A stretch of DNA of 64,000 bases from the human T2T-CHM13v2.0 reference genome, Homo sapiens, in NCBI RefSeq assembly GCF_009914755.1, contig NC_060926.1. One strand, given 5' to 3'. Under the pieces are notes generated by a model. It did no database searches and was not told the DNA's origin. It saw only the letters and a list, made by a program, of their open reading frames with translations. Shown here piece by piece: positions 59,227 through 64,000 of the stretch. How positions within the stretch are numbered: position 1 is the first letter of the stretch; each line of letters begins with the position of its first letter. A program made the position numbers and the translations under genes.

Positions 59227-59916
59227 AAAATATTCTTTGGAAGTAGATAAGGCATACATAATAAATATAATATAGTGAATTAATCCAAGGGAATATTTAG
59301 GGCTTTGTAATACAGTTTTATTCTTATGTTGTGTTTGAGACTCCTTCACATTCTTTTACTTTATACAAAATAAACCAAACTTGAAATATGTCCTAGTAGA
59401 AACGGGGAAACTTACTGGCTTCTGTTCATTCTCTGTTAGGAGAGGCCTATTCTTAGGGTAACAGTAAATATGACTATTCATATCTTTTAGACTTTGTTTA
59501 TATCTAAACATCATAGCTTCTTCTAGCAATCAGTTTACTGTTATTTGTGCCTGGGATTAAATTGTTAGTCTCTGCTAAAAAAATATGTTCTTGGTCTTGC
59601 TACCTTCTGACGTATACTTAGGAACTTGTGTTATTGGAAATCCAAATATTCTATCTACCTTAATTATTATTTCACATTTTAAAGTACATCTTGGCTTTTA
59701 TTTTTATCTATTAAACCAGTGAGTTTGTAACCTTTTAAAATTAGTAGAATCCTTTTAAGGACAATCAAGTATTAGAAGAAATTTAATACATAATACAGAA
59801 AATAGATTGTTCTCACCTGTGTGCCAGGGGCTTTTCATACATTATATACTCCTGAAATATAGTAGCTAGGTCTTAAGCGCATCTGATACTTAAAACTTTA
59901 TTTCTGTTTAATCTAG

Positions 59917-60005
59917 GCGACAGAAGGCTAGAGAGAGGCAGCAGAAATTGCTTGCGGAGTTTGCTTCACGACAGAAAAGCTTTATGGAAACTGCAATGGA
60001 TGTTG
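59917..60005 (+). CDS. UBR3: UBR3 coding exon P (89 nt, phase 2-1)
   Basis: aatctag|G acceptor, TTG|gtaagt donor; RQKARERQQKLLAEFASRQKSFMETAMDV, the basic-rich region that precedes the RING-H2 domain in UBR1-3. Confidence 0.93.
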
Positions 60006-61029
60006 GTAAGTCAAAATTATTAGTTTAGAACTCTCATAATTATACTTATTACTTTAGGGATGATGTAGTCCAGTCTTTTACTAATTTAAAACATTACACA
60101 CTTTTGATTTCTAGTGTTTATTTGGTCCTTAAACAATATAGTGATGGAAGATCAGACTTTTATTATAGACTTTTATTATATTCTGTTGTTAGTAGCTGTA
60201 ATTGTTAGGAAGTTCTTCCTGATGGTAGCAATATAGTATGCTCCTTTTGTTCTCTTCTGTTAAACGGTCTTTAGATTTGTGAGATCCATCAATGTACATT
60301 TACTTGTCTTGATCTTTTTCTGTGAAATTATCTTAAAATCCTTAAAATAGTTTCAAATGCTTCTAGTGCCTCTTTCTGGTATCCCTTCATTATTTCTTAA
60401 AATCAGGTGAACTTCTCATTTCCATTAAGATTAGCATTAGAATTTATACAGTGAGAGAGGATACCATGTTTCTGTATGATAGTAGCCTTTTACACACATT
60501 GGAGAAATAGATTAAATCTCAGTGTCAGTCTTTAGTTAACCAGGGTATTCCCTTCCCTGACTATTTCTTCCATTCCAGCAAATTTTTTTCTTTGATTTTT
60601 AGAAAAAATTGTGGAAAGAAAATAAAGTCATGCATTTAGTTAAAATACACACATATATGCATTCAAGCAGGCATGTACATTTTCATGCATTTTTGTTTAC
60701 CTAAACTCATAACCAACTTCCTGAAGAAATGTATAGCGATCAGTTCAGATTTAGCCTAATGGGTTCTAAACCATCTAGTGTAGTTAATGTTCAGGATATA
60801 ACTTTGACAGAAAGAATACAGATTGAGCACCCCTAATCTGAAAATCTGAAAATCTGAAATCTAAAATGTACCAAAATTCAAAACTTTCTGAGCATTGACT
60901 TTCCACTTGTGGCATCATGCCACAAGTGGAAAGTTTTTAACTTAAGATTCGTCTTTTGAGTTCCTTTTCTGGCAATTGTTGATTTCCTTTTCATTTGGGT
61001 CTGTTACTGGAGAGCTATGAAGTTCAAAA

Positions 61030-61300
61030 TCTCTATTAGGTTTTTCCAGAGGGACAGAAATGGTAGGATATGTATATATGAAAGGGAGTTTACTAGGGAG
61101 AATTGGCTTATGTAATTACAAAGATGACATCCCATGATCAGCCATCTGCAAGCTGGGGGATGAGAAAAGCTAGTACCATAGTTCATTCCAAGTCTAAAAC
61201 CCTCAAAACCAGAGAAGCTGAAAGTACAGTACCCGGTCTGAGGCTGAAGGCTGAAAACCCCCAAGAGGCCATTGTTACAGGTCTGAAAGACCAAAGGCCA
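61030..61300. mobile_element. MLT2 (ERVL LTR) fragment
   Basis: tattaggtttttccagagggacagaa...gccatctgcaagctg...cctcaaaaccagagaagctga is typical MLT2 text; truncated. Confidence 0.7.
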
Positions 61301-61434
61301 ATTTATCCATTTCTTTTAGGTTTTCCAACTGGTTGGCATATAGTTGTGGCATGATGCCACAAGTGGAAAGTTTCACACTTGACCTCTTGTGATGGGTTGC
61401 AGTCAAAACTATATTTCATTTACAAAATTATTTA

Positions 61435-61832
<398 letters not shown>

Positions 61833-62828
61833 TTATATCTATGTAAATATTCTGAAATCTGAAAAAATCTGAAATCTGAAACACTAATGGTCCCAAGCGT
61901 TTCAGATAAGGGATACTTAACCTGTACTGAAATTCTGTTTATGGAATTTATTTAGCATCAGTTGACTTTATCATATGAAAGAAGAGGGTTTAGTTTATTG
62001 ACACTACTTTCCCTTTCTCTCTCTCTTCTTTACAAAAATTGATAATTATATTTTTGTTTTTTTACATGTTTAATATAATTACAATATTTACGTATCGTTC
62101 TATTGTAGTAGTCAGTATCTTGATACCGCTTCATATAAAATGAACTAATAAGCACCCCATCCTTCCTTTCCTCTTTTACCTCTTGCCTTTTTTCAGATAC
62201 TTTTAAACTTTTAAATTGTCAAAGTTGCTGACATTTTGTTTTGCAGTCACATTAATGTCTTCCATATGAAGACATTAAAACAATGAAGAGTTTGTATTAG
62301 TATGACTTTTTGAATGCTGTTGAGTACAAGACTAGATAATGTGCTACATAATGGTTCTACATCGACTGTTTTTGAGTCCAGTGGCTCAACTCCTGGACCC
62401 CTTCAAAGAGACTATCTTTAGTACGTAGCCTCTTTTCTTCCAGTCCCTTGATTGCTAAACCCATACCACCTCTTATTTGTTTCTATATGGACCATGACTT
62501 TGTTATGTTGCCTTTTGTTTTCCTTGAAGTTCCCCAACTGTCTTTTTAAAATTTTATTTTTAAAATTTTATTGTAGCAAGAACCAATGTGCCTTTATGAT
62601 ATCTCTATTATTCTATCTACTCAATCATACAGTAGTCTTTTGCATGGAATTCTTTTCCAATGGACCAGTTCTTTTCCAATCTGGTCCATTTGTTCTCCAG
62701 GCATGCCTTATAGCTATTACCTTAGGATTTTCCCCTTTTGGGATTGATAATAGAGATTCTTACATATTAACGTCATCTTTTTAAAAAATCTTATTTTATT
62801 GGGGTACCAATTCAAGTATATATATATA

Positions 62829-62960
62829 TTTTTTTTCTTTTTTAAGAGTCAAGGTATTGCTATGTTACCCAGGCTGGATTTGAACTCCTGAGCTCAAGCA
62901 GACCTCCCACCTCAGCCTACCTAGTATCTGGGACTATAGGCATGCACTGCCATGCCTGGT
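62829..62960 (-). mobile_element. FLAM-like Alu monomer
   Basis: diverged monomer. Confidence 0.72.
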
Positions 62961-63377
62961 TCAGATCTTAATAATGCATGTTTGGTAGCTAAACCGTCTG
63001 ATTCTTTATTTCTGGAAGGGACTTTAGTCTACTCTCACACTTGATTGTTCATTTAGATGGATATAGAATTCCAGGTTGATAAACATTTTCTGTCACAACT
63101 TTACAACTGAAGGCATTGCCCTTTTGTCTTTTACCGTTCATTTGATAAAAAGTCTGGTGGTAATCTAATTCTTACACCTTTGTAGGTGAGCATTTTTTCC
63201 TTTCCTGTGACACATTTGTGATTATCTGATCCTTAGAGATCTGAAGTTTTATCATTTGTATCTATGAGATCTTTTCCCATCCTCCTTAGTGCTCAATGAG
63301 CCTTTTCAGTCTGAAGATTCATATCTCTGAAACTATGAGAATTTTTTCCCATGTTTTTTTTTTTTTTTTTGATAACT

Positions 63378-63992
63378 GGTATAGTCATCCTCCGAGATGG
63401 TTCTGAATGATCCCTGTCTCCTGGTCCTGATGCCCTGTGTAGTCTTCTACATAGAAGTGCATGACCTATATGGCAGAAGTGAAGGTATATTGTTTCTCAT
63501 ATTAGGTAATGAAAGACGTTGTGGCTTCTGTCTTTGTTACTTTTTCTCTCTCTTGGATTACTCATTCTGGTGGAAGCCAGCTGCCATGTCATGAGTATCC
63601 CTGCGGAGGCCCATGTGAGTGAGGAACTGAGGCTTCTTGCCCCAACAGTCGTGTGAGTGAGCTTGGTTGTGAAACTTCCTGTCCCAGTTAAGCTTTTATT
63701 TAATTTTGTTATTTTTTTTCTTAAAAATTTTTTTTTTTAATTAAAGAGACAAGGTACTTTCTGTATTGCTCAGGTTGGTCTGGCCTTAAAGCAATCCTTC
63801 TGCCTCGGCCTCCCAAAGTCCAGGATTACAGGTGTGAGCCACTGCACCTGGTGCCAGTTAAGCCTTTAAATGACTGCAGGTTTGACAGCAATTTCAGGAG
63901 AGCTCCTTAGACAGAACCATACCACTAAGCTGCTCCCAGATGCCTGACCCTCAGAAACGGTTTGAGATAATTCTTTTTAAGCCACTGAGCAT
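63378..63992 (+). mobile_element. MLT1 (MaLR LTR) split by an Alu monomer at ~63727-63853
   Basis: gaggaactgaggc, aagcctttaaatgactgcag, cagaaccat..ctaagctgctcccaga, ttttaagccact. Confidence 0.75.
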
Positions 63993-64000
63993 CAGGGTAT

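Overview
Primate (human-like) genomic DNA from the middle of the + strand UBR3 gene, an N-recognin-family RING E3 ubiquitin ligase. I traced 16 internal coding exons by hand (6590-60005). Together they are 2169 nt and splice into one uninterrupted frame running from DEENSLHVVV to RQKARERQQKLLAEFASRQKSFMETAMDV. All introns are GT-AG except 28884-30202. That one has a U12 (minor spliceosome) donor ATATCCTTT and a U12-type branch point, and it keeps the frame only with non-canonical AT-AT termini. The introns are dense in retroelements: about 30 Alus, four 5'-truncated L1PA copies in alternating orientation, and L1M/L2/MIR/MLT relics. They also hold Tigger-family MITEs and a half tRNA-Lys pseudogene. 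Most ORFs in the supplied track are Alu or L1 read-through or chance. The best leads are the AT-AT minor intron with a possible alternative U12-donor exon upstream, a perfect 23-nt inverted repeat bracketing the 461-nt exon, a candidate recursive splice site, a fold-back templated insertion in a Tigger4 element, and a short L1 3' transduction. Repeat subfamily names and the gene identity are recognised from memory, not from a database search.
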